IMG/VR virus record: IMGVR_UViG_3300011438_000034
Location: 1 to 28,495 of that record
From: a virus
Lineage: Duplodnaviria > Caudoviricetes
Direction: 5' to 3' (one strand)
Length of the DNA: 28,495 nt
In this document: piece after piece, positions 1 through 7,711 of the stretch
How the letters are laid out: every line of letters starts with the position of its first letter
Position numbering within the stretch: the first letter of the stretch is position 1
Notes under the pieces: model-generated
Told to the model about the DNA's origin: nothing
Database searches by the model: none
Seen by the model: the letters and a program-made list of their open reading frames with translations, nothing else
Program-made: the position numbers and the translations under genes

Positions 1-2
1 CC

Positions 3-278
3 AAGAAGTTCGGGGCCGACACCCAGGCCCGCGCGCATTACGAGGCGGGGCGGCTGCCGCCAGCCCGCGTCCATCTGCGGGCCAAGAGGGTCGCGGTGAA
101 GCGGTTTCTATCCGACCTTCAGGCTGTCTGGTATTTCAATGAATACGGCAGGCTTGCCCCGATGCCCTGGATCATCGCCCAAGGAGGGCACGCCCACTAT
201 GTCCAGCCGCCCAACCTCGAAATGCTGCCGGGAATGTCTGAAGCCATGCGTGCCCTACCGCCGCCAGCTTTGCGCTAG
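3..278 (+). CDS. C-terminal 91 aa (5'-truncated) of a Nop-domain/IS110-related protein, putative TIGR-associated (Tas) effector
   Basis: Frame 3 is open from the window edge: KKFGADTQARAHYEAGRLPPARVHLRAKRVAVKRFLSDLQAVWYFNEYGRLAPMPWIIAQGGHAHYVQPPN... The pattern LPP-x-H-x-RA-x-R-x-x-VK-x-FL...W...P-x-P-W/Y...GH-x-H-Y-x-x-PP resembles, from memory, the C-terminus of phage IS110-like/Tas proteins. It lies upstream of a 36-nt dual-spacer array. The N-terminal domains are outside the window. Confidence 0.75.
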   Translation, partial: KKFGADTQARAHYEAGRLPPARVHLRAKRVAVKRFLSDLQAVWYFNEYGRLAPMPWIIAQGGHAHYVQPPNLEMLPGMSEAMRALPPPALR

Positions 279-948
279 CTGCTACGGAAAGGAACGGCGG
301 GCAAAGAACCCTGAAAAGCTGTTGGCGCGGCGCCGTGCCCTATACGCGGAGAACAGAGAGAAGATGCGCGCCCAAAACAGGCGGAACTACCAGCGTCATC
401 GCGAAGCCCGGATCGCCAAGCAGAAGGAATACTACGAGGCAAACCGAGAGGAACGGATGACCTACAACAAGACGTGGGCCGCCCAGCACCGCGAGCATCT
501 ACGTTCCTATCATCGGGAATATCGTGTCTCCGATGCCAAGGGCGCGATCAGGATGCGGGCGATGGCGTCGGTCTATGCTGGGCGCCACCGGAAGAAACCT
601 GAAGCGGCGGATGCCCATCGCGCCAGACAGGCCGCGCGCCGAGCGAAGGGCGCCCAGGTCGAGATCGTCACCATGGCGCAAGCGTTATTCGACGCGGACG
701 GGCTTTGCCATCTATGCGGGCACATGATAGCCGACGCTGGCGAGGCCGAGCTTGATCATGTGATCCCGCTTAGTCGGGGCGGATTGCACGTCCGGTCGAA
801 CATCGCCGCCGCCCATAGCCGCTGCAATCGCATCAAGCGTGGCCTGCACCCTGACGAAATCCCGCCGCACATCACTCGGCGGTTCCATAAGGCGGCACGC
901 AGTCACGCGCATAAAATCCCCCCGCCGAATTGGCCGATGGTGGGATAG
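199..948 (+). CDS. Free-standing HNH endonuclease with N-terminal Cys motifs and an Arg/Tyr-rich helical repeat region
   Basis: C-terminal CHLCG...ELDHVIPLSRGGLHVRSNIAAAHSRCNRIK is an McrA-type HNH signature. N-terminal CRECL and CASC pairs. AAGGAGG at 181-187 favours ATG 199 over ATG 139. Overlaps the upstream gene by 80 nt. Confidence 0.9.
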   Translation: MSSRPTSKCCRECLKPCVPYRRQLCASCYGKERRAKNPEKLLARRRALYAENREKMRAQNRRNYQRHREARIAKQKEYYEANREERMTYNKTWAAQHREHLRSYHREYRVSDAKGAIRMRAMASVYAGRHRKKPEAADAHRARQAARRAKGAQVEIVTMAQALFDADGLCHLCGHMIADAGEAELDHVIPLSRGGLHVRSNIAAAHSRCNRIKRGLHPDEIPPHITRRFHKAARSHAHKIPPPNWPMVG

Positions 949-1356
949 CCGAGGCACGAAAGAGAACCGACTGTGCGGAGCGAGCCGCTATCCGCGAGAG
1001 AATCGTCAGGAAAAAGCGAGCCGAGTCATCAGAGAGAATCGAGTTCCGAGAGCGAGCCGCCTCAGCCGATAGAACCGTGGGTCATCAGCGAGCCGCGACT
1101 ATGGAAAGAAACGCACGAAATGAGCGAGCCGTGCGGCGTTAGAGCGAGTCCGATCTGGTCGAGAGAACCGTGTAAAGCGAGCGAGCCTGTATGAGATTGA
1201 AACGAGACGATAAGCGAGCCTTACCTCGTGAGAGAACCGAATCATGCGAGCGAGAGCCGGCCGAAGCGAGTGAACCTCCCCGCGTGAGCGCCGCCGACGT
1301 TGAGAGAGCCGAGCAAAGCGAGCCGTTTGGAGGGAGAGAACCGTTAAGCGTGAGCG
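947..1356 (+). ncRNA. TIGR-like guide-RNA array (tandem dual-repeat/dual-spacer, 36-nt unit)
   Basis: Units AGCCG-N9-AGAGAACCG-N9-AGCG of exactly 36 nt start at 947, 983, 1019, 1055, 1091, 1217, 1255 and 1321. Irregular units start at 1127 (half unit), 1147, 1184 and 1291. The spacers all differ. Strand inferred from the adjacent Tas-like gene. Confidence 0.85.
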
Positions 1357-1400
1357 CACCCCGCTTGCACCGGCTTTGCCACTGCGGCAAGAATCGACGG

Positions 1401-1622
1401 ATGCTCCTGCACCACGTCGATCCCGCCCGCGCCATGTGGCGGTTTTACCGGCTCAGGCTCGACCGCGACCTGTGGGGTCAGGCGACAGTCCTGCGCGAGT
1501 GGGGGTCGATCGGCTCCCCCGGCAAGGTCCGGGTTGATGTGCTGGCCGACGATGCAACCGCCAGGGCGTGGCACGCGCGCCTGGTGCGGGCTAAGAGGCG
1601 CCGGGGATATGCCCCGCCCTGA
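1401..1622 (+). CDS. Stand-alone WGR-domain protein (73 aa)
   Basis: MLLHHVDPARAMWRFYRLRLDRDLWGQATVLREWGSIGSPGKVR...LVRAKRRRGY matches the WGR pattern (D-P-x-x-x-M-x-RFY, DLWG, REWG-x-IG-x-x-G, K-x-x-RGY). The real start is likely ATG 1401; the longer ORF from 1191 runs through the array. Confidence 0.88.
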   Translation: MLLHHVDPARAMWRFYRLRLDRDLWGQATVLREWGSIGSPGKVRVDVLADDATARAWHARLVRAKRRRGYAPP

Positions 1623-1639
1623 ACCGAAGGACTGCAACC

Positions 1640-1735
1640 GTGCTTGAATTTTTGGTAATCGTCGTGCTGGTGATCTGGGGCGCAGCGGCCTTGCTCCTGC
1701 TCCTCGGCACCGCGTGGAAGTCGCTCGACCGCTAA
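1640..1735 (+). CDS. 31-aa single-pass membrane peptide
   Basis: GTG 1640 preceded by GAAGGA (1626-1631). Translates as MLEFLVIVVLVIWGAAALLLLLGTAWKSLDR. Its TAA overlaps the TAG of the convergent gene. Below the ORF-track cutoff. Confidence 0.6.
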   Translation: MLEFLVIVVLVIWGAAALLLLLGTAWKSLDR

Positions 1736-3714
1736 CGCCGGTCTTCCGGGCGGACGTTGTAGTCATACCGTGCGGGCGTCGTCGCCTCATTGACCAGGGC
1801 GCCGCCGAGTATCCCAGGCACCAGTGGGGGCGCCGCTCGCTGCGCGCCTGTCGTCGCAATCGTCGGCTGCCAGCCGAGCGCCGCCGCCCCGACCCGGGGA
1901 ACGCCGGGAATTGCGGTCAGGGCTTTCACCCATGTCGTGCCGCCGGACGCGGACAGCTTCTTCAACTGCGCCGCCAGCGCCGCCAAGTCCTGCACGTTCT
2001 GCCCCACATGTGGGCTGCCGAACAGCGCGGCGGTCCCCTCCGGATGATCCATTTGCGATTGGCGCAGGCGAGTTAGGAAATCCGCCGGGGAGGGCGTGTC
2101 ATCCACGCCTTGCTTGCTCGCCTTTGCCTGCACGATCTGCCGCAGCTTGATTGCCGCCAGCGCGTCAGCCGCCTCGGGTATCTTCAGCCGCAACGCCTGA
2201 AGGTCCAGAGAATCCCCCTTCATCAGGGCTTCCGTCGCCTGCTCCGGGGTGATCGCTTCCTTGACCGCATTCTTGCCCGAAATCACCTTGGACAGCGTGT
2301 TGTTCTGGAACGTCAGCCCGGCGAGCGTATGGTCGCTCGCTCCCTGGAACTCGTTGCCGACGCCCTTCAGGATGGCCGTCGTCTTCATATCGTTGGCGAG
2401 GCTGCCGTAAAGGCTGGCGAGCGTCTTGTCGCCGATGCTGCCGACCAGGTCAGGCGTTTTCATCGCGTCGCCGACATGCGACCGCAGGGCTTGCGCCGCC
2501 TTCCAGTCAATCGGCTTGGTGCCGTTGGCAGTGTCGCGTTCCAGCGCCTTGAGCCATTCTTGCAGCTTCTCCGCCGCCATCTTCTGTTGTGTCTCGGGCA
2601 AGCCCGCGAGGGCGGGATTCTTGGCCGCGTTCCGCAGTGCGGCGAGGTAGCTGAGGACGTGGACCTCGCCGCCCGTCGTCATGGCGGCATCAACCGGCGC
2701 CCACCTCTGTTTTTGCTCAGCCGGGAACGTCGTTTCCGCCCATCTCCGCGCCGCGTCCTGTATTTCCTTCCCCGCCCTCTGCGGCGTGTTCAGCACGCCC
2801 GCCGCGAGTTTGGTGGTAGTCGTCTCGGCCGTCCGCGCCGTCTCCTCGGCCTTGGCGCCGAACTGATCCGCGAGTTCCTGCCGCTTGCCCGCCAGAAGGC
2901 GATTCGAGGGCGCGACGCCCATAAGGACATTTTCAGCTTCCTGCGCCATGCCGCCCTGGCTCACCTGGCCGGCGGAGGTTGGCGTGATGCCGAGCCGTTC
3001 AAGCGCCTGGGCAATCGGGTTCTTGATGCCCTGGACCGCGTTGACGGCCCGCTCAACCCCCGCTGCGAGGCTGTTGGTGCCGACCGTGCCCGCCACGTTG
3101 CCCACCAGGCGGGCGGTCGGCTTGAGCCAGTCGGGCAGCCCCGTCTTCTCAGCCAGCGCATCCCCGGCCACGGCCCCGACGCCCCCGGCGGTTGCCTGGG
3201 CCACGGCCTGTGGCGCGTTGGTCGCGGGCGCACTGAGGAACGGCCGGACGATGTTCGGAAGCGCCGCCAGCACCTTGGGCGCGGCGAGCGGAAGTGCCAT
3301 CGGGGACAGCATCGAGGAGGCGCCGCGGACGAACTCGGCGCGGGTTTTCTCCCCCTCCGTCTCGGGCTTCGGCAGGCGCAGCGCGTCGGAAACCGCCCAG
3401 TCCGAGGGCGCGGTCACCGTGCCGCCAGCGGCGCGGATGAGCGCGCGCGGGGCTGCTGTCGCCACATCCGCCACCATCCCCGGCAGCGACCCGACGCCCT
3501 CGATGACGTTGCGAGCGCCCAGGCCGGCGCCGCGCGCGAACTGATCTATCGGCCTGCCGTCCTGATACGCCACCTTGAGCGGGCTTTGCGGTATCTGGCC
3601 GAGCGGGATGACTGCGCCCTCGCTGTCGCCGCTGGGCTTCGGGGCGGTGCTGCGCGTCCCGGCCGGGGCGAAGGAGAACACGCCGTCTTCGCCGGAGTCA
3701 TATGTGCCGCTCAT
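1732..3714 (-). CDS. Large internal virion/DNA ejection protein (660 aa)
   Basis: Last gene of the morphogenesis operon, Ala/Gly-rich and helical with hydrophobic stretches. Its position matches P22 gp16/T7 gp16-type ejection proteins. ATGA overlap with the upstream gene. Confidence 0.65.
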   Translation of the reverse strand: MSGTYDSGEDGVFSFAPAGTRSTAPKPSGDSEGAVIPLGQIPQSPLKVAYQDGRPIDQFARGAGLGARNVIEGVGSLPGMVADVATAAPRALIRAAGGTVTAPSDWAVSDALRLPKPETEGEKTRAEFVRGASSMLSPMALPLAAPKVLAALPNIVRPFLSAPATNAPQAVAQATAGGVGAVAGDALAEKTGLPDWLKPTARLVGNVAGTVGTNSLAAGVERAVNAVQGIKNPIAQALERLGITPTSAGQVSQGGMAQEAENVLMGVAPSNRLLAGKRQELADQFGAKAEETARTAETTTTKLAAGVLNTPQRAGKEIQDAARRWAETTFPAEQKQRWAPVDAAMTTGGEVHVLSYLAALRNAAKNPALAGLPETQQKMAAEKLQEWLKALERDTANGTKPIDWKAAQALRSHVGDAMKTPDLVGSIGDKTLASLYGSLANDMKTTAILKGVGNEFQGASDHTLAGLTFQNNTLSKVISGKNAVKEAITPEQATEALMKGDSLDLQALRLKIPEAADALAAIKLRQIVQAKASKQGVDDTPSPADFLTRLRQSQMDHPEGTAALFGSPHVGQNVQDLAALAAQLKKLSASGGTTWVKALTAIPGVPRVGAAALGWQPTIATTGAQRAAPPLVPGILGGALVNEATTPARYDYNVRPEDRR

Positions 3715-6209
3715 TTCTTTCCTGCCTTCGCTCGCCGCGCCTGTTCCGCCATGTATTCGGCTTCCGGCGATCCAGGCGGAAAGTAGATGCTCAGATTGCC
3801 ATTATGATCACGTAGCATCTGATAAGGCGTGAGATTCTGCTCCCGCCAGCTTTGACGCGTCTCCCGATCCCATTGGCCGAACGGCGTGGTGGGCCAGCCC
3901 TGGCGATTGGGGTCGGCGCCGGGGAGGCGCGGGAGAATGTCGGGCATGCTCTTGCGGGCCGCGCTCTTGGCTTCGTCCCACGTCATGCCGCCTTTGCCGT
4001 TGTTGTAAAACTCCTCGATGCGCTCGATGTAGAGCCGCTTCTGGTTCTTCATCTGCTCCATGTAGGAGATGACGGCGCCGCGCGTTTCCGGGGTGCTGGG
4101 CAGCTTCGGCATCATGTCTTGCAGGAACCGCAAGTCGCCGTCGGAGAGCGCGCCCATGGAGACGCCCTTGCGGAGTTCGGTCAGCACCATATTGCTTGCC
4201 GCCTGGAACGCCTGTTGCGTTTGCCAGCGGCCTTTTTCGGCGTCGGAGCCGAGGCCGAGTTGGATCATCCACTCGCGTCCGCTTTTGCCGCCGAATTGGA
4301 AATCTTCCAGCGGGGTTGAGGTTGCGGCGACGTTCGACAGCGCCCGCAGCATGGCGAGGGAGTCGAGCGACGTGCGGGCGTCATCGAGTTCGGTGGAGAA
4401 CTTGCCGCGCTCGGCTTGCACGCGCGCCCCGACTTGCTTCGCGTCTTCCTCCCGTATCCGGTTGGCGCTCGCATTGTTTTCCGACGCCATGGTGTTCTGA
4501 AGCGTCAGCGCCGCAGCCGCCGCGTCGCCGTATCGCTTGATCTCGCTTTCATAGCGCGGGTTGATGCGTTCTAGCTGGGTGTTGTTGTGCTTGGTGATGT
4601 TGGCATCCGCCGTCGCGCGCTTGGCCTGGATCGCCTCCTGTTCGGCGGCGTCGAGGGCGGTTCCCCTTTGCAGGATCGCCGCCGTGGCCTTCTCCAATTC
4701 GGGGCCGGGCTTCATCAGCGCGGCCACCTTCTTGTCGCGCGCGAGGCCGGCCCGCTCGATGGCGAATTTCTTTAGCTGTTCCGGCGAGAGGTTGGGGTTG
4801 AAGTCCTCGGTCTTGGGCACCGGCTGGGCGTTCTGGTCGTAGTATTGCTGGAACGTGCCGGGATGCCGGATGACGCTGTCGCCGGCCTTGATGTTCGGAT
4901 GGAGCGAGCTGTCGTCGGTCGTCGGGGCCGTTTGCGTCGGGTCCGGGCCGGCGACGCCGCCGGTCCTGCCCGCCTGGATCGCATCGGCCGCCGCCGTGGC
5001 TCCCGGCGCTGGCGCCGGATCGGGCGGGCCGCCGATAGCCGACAGCCGGTTCAGCAACGCCTGGTTGCCCGGCTGTTCGGCGACGGTGCCGGCATCCGCG
5101 GGCGCTGCCGGCACGCCCGGCCCGGCGAACTGCACGCCGGTTTGCGCCACATCCGGCGCCTCCGTCGCTGCGGACGGTGACGGCCTCGGGGCGCTGGGTG
5201 GGGGAGGGGCGCCGGGCTTGGCGCTCGGCCCCCCTGCTGCTGCCTGACGCCTTGCGGCTGCCACTGCGATACCCTTATCCACATCGCCGGCCGACAGCCA
5301 CGCCTTGCCGCTTTCGTGCGGTTGCTGGGCCAGGATAAATGCCCTCTGCACGGCGGGATCGGCGAGGTTGATTGGGTCGCCCGGCTTGACCCCGAGCTTG
5401 GCAGCCACGGCGGCGGCGTAGGGCGCGGTGCGGGCGGCTTGGCCCTTGTCGGGGGTAAGGGTGCCATGGACCCAGAGGTTGACCGCGTCCTGCGGCGTCC
5501 TGACGCCCTGCTCGGCATAGCGGGCTAGCTGGTCAGCGTGTGCCGCCACTCCGGTCGCCACGTCGGGGAATACCCCCACCTTCTGACCGTCCGCTGCCGT
5601 GATGTAGCCGGTGCTGCCGGGGACGCCATGGCTGAGGTTGCCGGGATTGTTGGCCTGCTGGCCAATGGTGGGGATCGACGGATCGCGAGGCACGGAGGTG
5701 CCAGCCCCACTGCCCGCCGCGCCGCCGCTCGGACTGTCGCCCTGGAGCAGTCTGCGCAGTTCCCGCGCCCGCTTGTAATCCCCGAGCGTGGTGAGCAACG
5801 GCAGCGCCTCCTTGATCCGCGCCAGTTGCATCTCCTGCCGGTCCTTCTCGGCCTGCTGCTGCGCCGCCCCGCGCGCCGCCGCGACCTCCTGCGAGCGGCC
5901 CATGGACTCCTGCGCGCCGGCCAGCCCGGAGCCCAGGATTTGCCCGAAGGTCTTCTTGTTCGTGGTCCAGCCGGAATTGGCCAGCATGTTGATGCCGAAA
6001 TTCATCAGCGCCGCATTCCCGGCCTGCTCCCTGTCGGCCCCGGATAGGCCCCCGCCGCCGCCGCCCAGCGCCGAGCCAAGCAGGCTGACGAACGACGGCT
6101 CGGCCGCCGGGGCCTGCGCCGGGCGTTGCGGTTCGGCCAGCACCCGCCCAAGCAGGGACTGCACAAGGGCTTCATCGTCGGGTGCGGGTTGGGTGTTGCT
6201 GCCGGACAT
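3711..6209 (-). CDS. Internal virion/ejection protein with putative lysozyme-like domain (832 aa)
   Basis: QQANNPGNL...F-x-D-x-x-x-GVAA...L-x-RY...G-x-x-T...YAAAVAAKLGVKP...HESG segment flanked by Pro/Ala-rich linkers. C-terminal GALSDGDLRFL motif is typical of podovirus ejection proteins. Confidence 0.7.
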   Translation of the reverse strand: MSGSNTQPAPDDEALVQSLLGRVLAEPQRPAQAPAAEPSFVSLLGSALGGGGGGLSGADREQAGNAALMNFGINMLANSGWTTNKKTFGQILGSGLAGAQESMGRSQEVAAARGAAQQQAEKDRQEMQLARIKEALPLLTTLGDYKRARELRRLLQGDSPSGGAAGSGAGTSVPRDPSIPTIGQQANNPGNLSHGVPGSTGYITAADGQKVGVFPDVATGVAAHADQLARYAEQGVRTPQDAVNLWVHGTLTPDKGQAARTAPYAAAVAAKLGVKPGDPINLADPAVQRAFILAQQPHESGKAWLSAGDVDKGIAVAAARRQAAAGGPSAKPGAPPPPSAPRPSPSAATEAPDVAQTGVQFAGPGVPAAPADAGTVAEQPGNQALLNRLSAIGGPPDPAPAPGATAAADAIQAGRTGGVAGPDPTQTAPTTDDSSLHPNIKAGDSVIRHPGTFQQYYDQNAQPVPKTEDFNPNLSPEQLKKFAIERAGLARDKKVAALMKPGPELEKATAAILQRGTALDAAEQEAIQAKRATADANITKHNNTQLERINPRYESEIKRYGDAAAAALTLQNTMASENNASANRIREEDAKQVGARVQAERGKFSTELDDARTSLDSLAMLRALSNVAATSTPLEDFQFGGKSGREWMIQLGLGSDAEKGRWQTQQAFQAASNMVLTELRKGVSMGALSDGDLRFLQDMMPKLPSTPETRGAVISYMEQMKNQKRLYIERIEEFYNNGKGGMTWDEAKSAARKSMPDILPRLPGADPNRQGWPTTPFGQWDRETRQSWREQNLTPYQMLRDHNGNLSIYFPPGSPEAEYMAEQARRAKAGKK

Positions 6210-6212
6210 TGT

Positions 6213-6554
6213 CTATACCCCTAGCAGGCCCTTCGGGGCGGCACCGCCGCCGCCGGGATACAGCGCCTCGTATTGCTTCCTTAGCATCTGCACGAGCGCA
6301 TCGAGCGACGGCGGGCGCCCGCTGCCGGTTGGCGATGATGCGGATGCGAAGCTGCCCCCACCACCGCCGCCGCCCTCTTGCGACTGCTGGCCGCGGCCGG
6401 CTTGGCCCAGCGTGCCGAGCGCCTTGGTGAGCTTGTCATTGAACCCCTGGCCGTCCGCCGGGGCCGCCCACGGCTGCGTGTCCGCGCTAGGGTCAAACTG
6501 CCCCGAGGTGTTTATGGCCTGCCACGGCGGCTGCGGGTAATTGTAATCTGCCAT
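6213..6554 (-). CDS. Small Gly-rich virion-associated hypothetical protein (113 aa)
   Basis: MADYNYPQPPW...PKGLLGV. The ATG overlaps the upstream stop as TGATG at 6552-6556. It is the C-terminal part of the listed ORF 6213..7649. Confidence 0.7.
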   Translation of the reverse strand: MADYNYPQPPWQAINTSGQFDPSADTQPWAAPADGQGFNDKLTKALGTLGQAGRGQQSQEGGGGGGGSFASASSPTGSGRPPSLDALVQMLRKQYEALYPGGGGAAPKGLLGV

Positions 6555-7711
6555 CACAAGGCTCCCAATAAGCCGCCGATGCCGGCGCCGATGCCGGCAC
6601 CCCACGGGCCGAAGGCAGCGCCGATGGACGCGCCAGATGCCGCCCCGCCCATGACACCGCCCGCCACGTTCTTGCTCGTCGGCTGCGTGGACGTGGACGT
6701 GCCCGTTGAGGTGGTGCCGTAGGGCACGCCGCCGATCGCCGAGAGCAGGATATCGAGATTCTGCACCGGCCACGCCTGCTGTTCGTAGAACTGACCGCGC
6801 TGGGCATCGAGTTCCTGCTGGCTCTGCCCCTGCTGGGCAATGCCGATGGTTTGCAGCGCCGACGCATCCTTGAGGTCGATGCCGTGCTGCGCGGCCGCCA
6901 ATTCGGGGATTTTGCCCGCCGCCTGCATGCCCTGCGCCTGGTTCAGCTGCGCCATGTTGGCGGACTGCGATCCGGCGTTGTTGTAGCCCTGCTGGCCAAG
7001 GGTGGCGAGGAACTGGCCTGCCGTCATCCCCTGCGCCGCCGCCGTCTTGGCCAAGTCCAGCCCTTGCCCGGACGCCAGATTCCACCCCTGCGTGAGCATG
7101 TTGCCGATCTGCTGCTGCGTCCCGAGCGCGTTCTGCGCGTCCGCCACGCCCTCGGCCACGCCCTGCCGTGAGCCCCCGAAGGCGCCGACGTTGTTCGCCT
7201 GCCCTGCCACTGACTGCCGCGCGATCTGCCGCGCCTGCTCGCCCGCCGCCAGCGCCGGGTCGATGACGTTCTGCGTGTAGGGGTTCATGAGCTGCTGCGC
7301 GTTGCCCGCCACCTGCCCCGCCGTCGCCGGGCCTTGGCTGGCGTAGCCGCCGAGCAACCCCTGCGCGGGGTTCATCACCTGTTGCTGGTAGTTGCCGAAA
7401 AGCTGGTTGGTGTTCTGGTTCAGCTGGCCCGCGGTGATGGGGGCGGCCTGGCCGAGTAGCCCCTGATAGACGCCCTGCGCCTGCTGGAATGCGGGGGTGG
7501 CGCTGCCCTGAAGATCGCGAACGCCCTGGTAGGCCGCCGCCGTATCCGCGCCGGGCTGGGCCACGATCTGGCCCGTGTATGGCGTGTATGGCCGCTGGCT
7601 CAAATCCTGCGCCGTGCCAATCGCCCCCTGCGCCGCGCTTGTCAGCCACTCGGGCAGTTGCGTGGACGTGTTCGAGGTAGAGGACGTTGTTTTGGACCCG
7701 CCCTTGCTCAT
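6554..7711 (-). CDS. DNA ejection/pilot protein (P22 gp7-like position, 385 aa)
   Basis: MSKGGSKTTSSTS...LPEW N-terminus, Gln/Ala/Gly-rich body, GAFGGSRQ motif and a glycine-zipper C-terminus (GGAASGASIGAAFGPWGAGIGAGIGGLLG). Confidence 0.75.
   Translation of the reverse strand: MSKGGSKTTSSTSNTSTQLPEWLTSAAQGAIGTAQDLSQRPYTPYTGQIVAQPGADTAAAYQGVRDLQGSATPAFQQAQGVYQGLLGQAAPITAGQLNQNTNQLFGNYQQQVMNPAQGLLGGYASQGPATAGQVAGNAQQLMNPYTQNVIDPALAAGEQARQIARQSVAGQANNVGAFGGSRQGVAEGVADAQNALGTQQQIGNMLTQGWNLASGQGLDLAKTAAAQGMTAGQFLATLGQQGYNNAGSQSANMAQLNQAQGMQAAGKIPELAAAQHGIDLKDASALQTIGIAQQGQSQQELDAQRGQFYEQQAWPVQNLDILLSAIGGVPYGTTSTGTSTSTQPTSKNVAGGVMGGAASGASIGAAFGPWGAGIGAGIGGLLGAL

Noticed and set aside
3-278. Ordinary IS110 insertion sequence
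   Set aside because: No IS end is evident, and the gene is followed by a multi-unit dual-spacer array, which fits Tas better. It cannot be fully excluded without the N-terminus.
199-948. Group I intron or intein housing the HNH
   Set aside because: There is no non-coding space for an intron core and no intein terminal motifs. The upstream gene has its own stop at 276-278.
952-1352. Self-targeting of array spacers within this window
   Set aside because: Only a limited check by eye was possible. It gave a partial hit (gaggcacg near 5687) and no paired 9+9 match. Matches this short are expected by chance, so a computed search is needed.
947-1356. CRISPR array
   Set aside because: The repeats are two alternating 9-nt motifs with 9-nt spacers, not 23-47-nt repeats with ~30-nt spacers. 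No cas genes are visible.
839-1435. ORFs crossing the array (839..1072, 930..1142, 973..1194, 1099..1359, 1139..1435 and the 5' half of 1191..1622)
   Set aside because: Their periodic SEP/ERA/RE peptides are by-products of the 36-nt nucleotide repeat. Indels shift the frame, so conservation is at nucleotide level.
2110-3786. Long plus-strand ORFs antisense to structural genes (e.g. 2110..3786, 18069..19226, 22456..23610, 25707..26759)
   Set aside because: Shadow ORFs typical of high-GC DNA. They have no motifs and lie opposite well-supported genes.
6555-7649. N-terminal 365 aa of ORF 6213..7649
   Set aside because: Alternative-frame overlap with the ejection gene. Only the part from ATG 6554 looks like a real protein.
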